Shown here: positions 5,306 to 5,378 of the stretch, piece by piece
Position numbering within the stretch: the stretch's first letter is position 1
Layout of the letters: every line of letters begins with the position of its first letter
Program-made: the position numbers and the translations under genes
Virus record (IMG/VR): IMGVR_UViG_2671180921_000005
Coordinates: 1-5,378 of that record
Length of the DNA: 5,378 bases
DNA from: a virus
Taxonomy: Duplodnaviria > Heunggongvirae > Uroviricota > Caudoviricetes
Direction: 5' to 3' (one strand)
Notes under the pieces: model-generated
Databases searched by the model: none
The model's input: only the letters and a program-made list of their open reading frames with translations
Told to the model about the DNA's origin: nothing

Positions 5306-5378
5306 TTGGCTGCATAAATAATATTTTTAGTTGCAAGTTGGCTATTCGTAAGAATAGAACCTTAGGCATGCTGAATGC

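Noticed and set aside
1-5378. Scan for tRNA, CRISPR repeats, IS inverted repeats and integrase/attachment features
   Set aside because: No cloverleaf-compatible segments with conserved T-loop (GTTCRANNC) context, no regularly spaced direct repeats and no transposase-like ORFs were seen; the repeated TTAGGAAC copies are too few and irregular to be a CRISPR array.

Overview
This window reads as the right-hand early region ("nin" region) through the late promoter of a lambda-like (lambdoid) enterobacterial phage or prophage. All supported genes are on the + strand. Order: ninB (5'-truncated at the window edge), a phage Dam-family N6-adenine DNA methyltransferase, ninE; a 277-bp non-coding joint carrying a repeated TTAGGAAC motif and a probable terminator; an ORF6N/KilA-N-type protein with an unrecognised C-terminal half; a strong intrinsic terminator; then a translationally coupled block of Rha/KilAC antirepressor-like protein, DUF1364 (YbcO-like) Cys-rich protein, RusA Holliday-junction resolvase, NinH and the Q late antiterminator; then a pR'-like late promoter with qut region. 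Immediately downstream, where lambda carries its lysis genes and Stx phages carry toxin genes, lies an abruptly AT-rich segment (about 4390 to the window end) encoding one multi-pass membrane protein of about 238 aa that I cannot assign to any family. That is the best candidate here for an undescribed accessory (moron) function. Protein assignments rest on my recall of lambda/E. coli prophage sequences and on motifs visible in the translations; no database search was run. I saw no tRNA, rRNA, CRISPR array or IS element.
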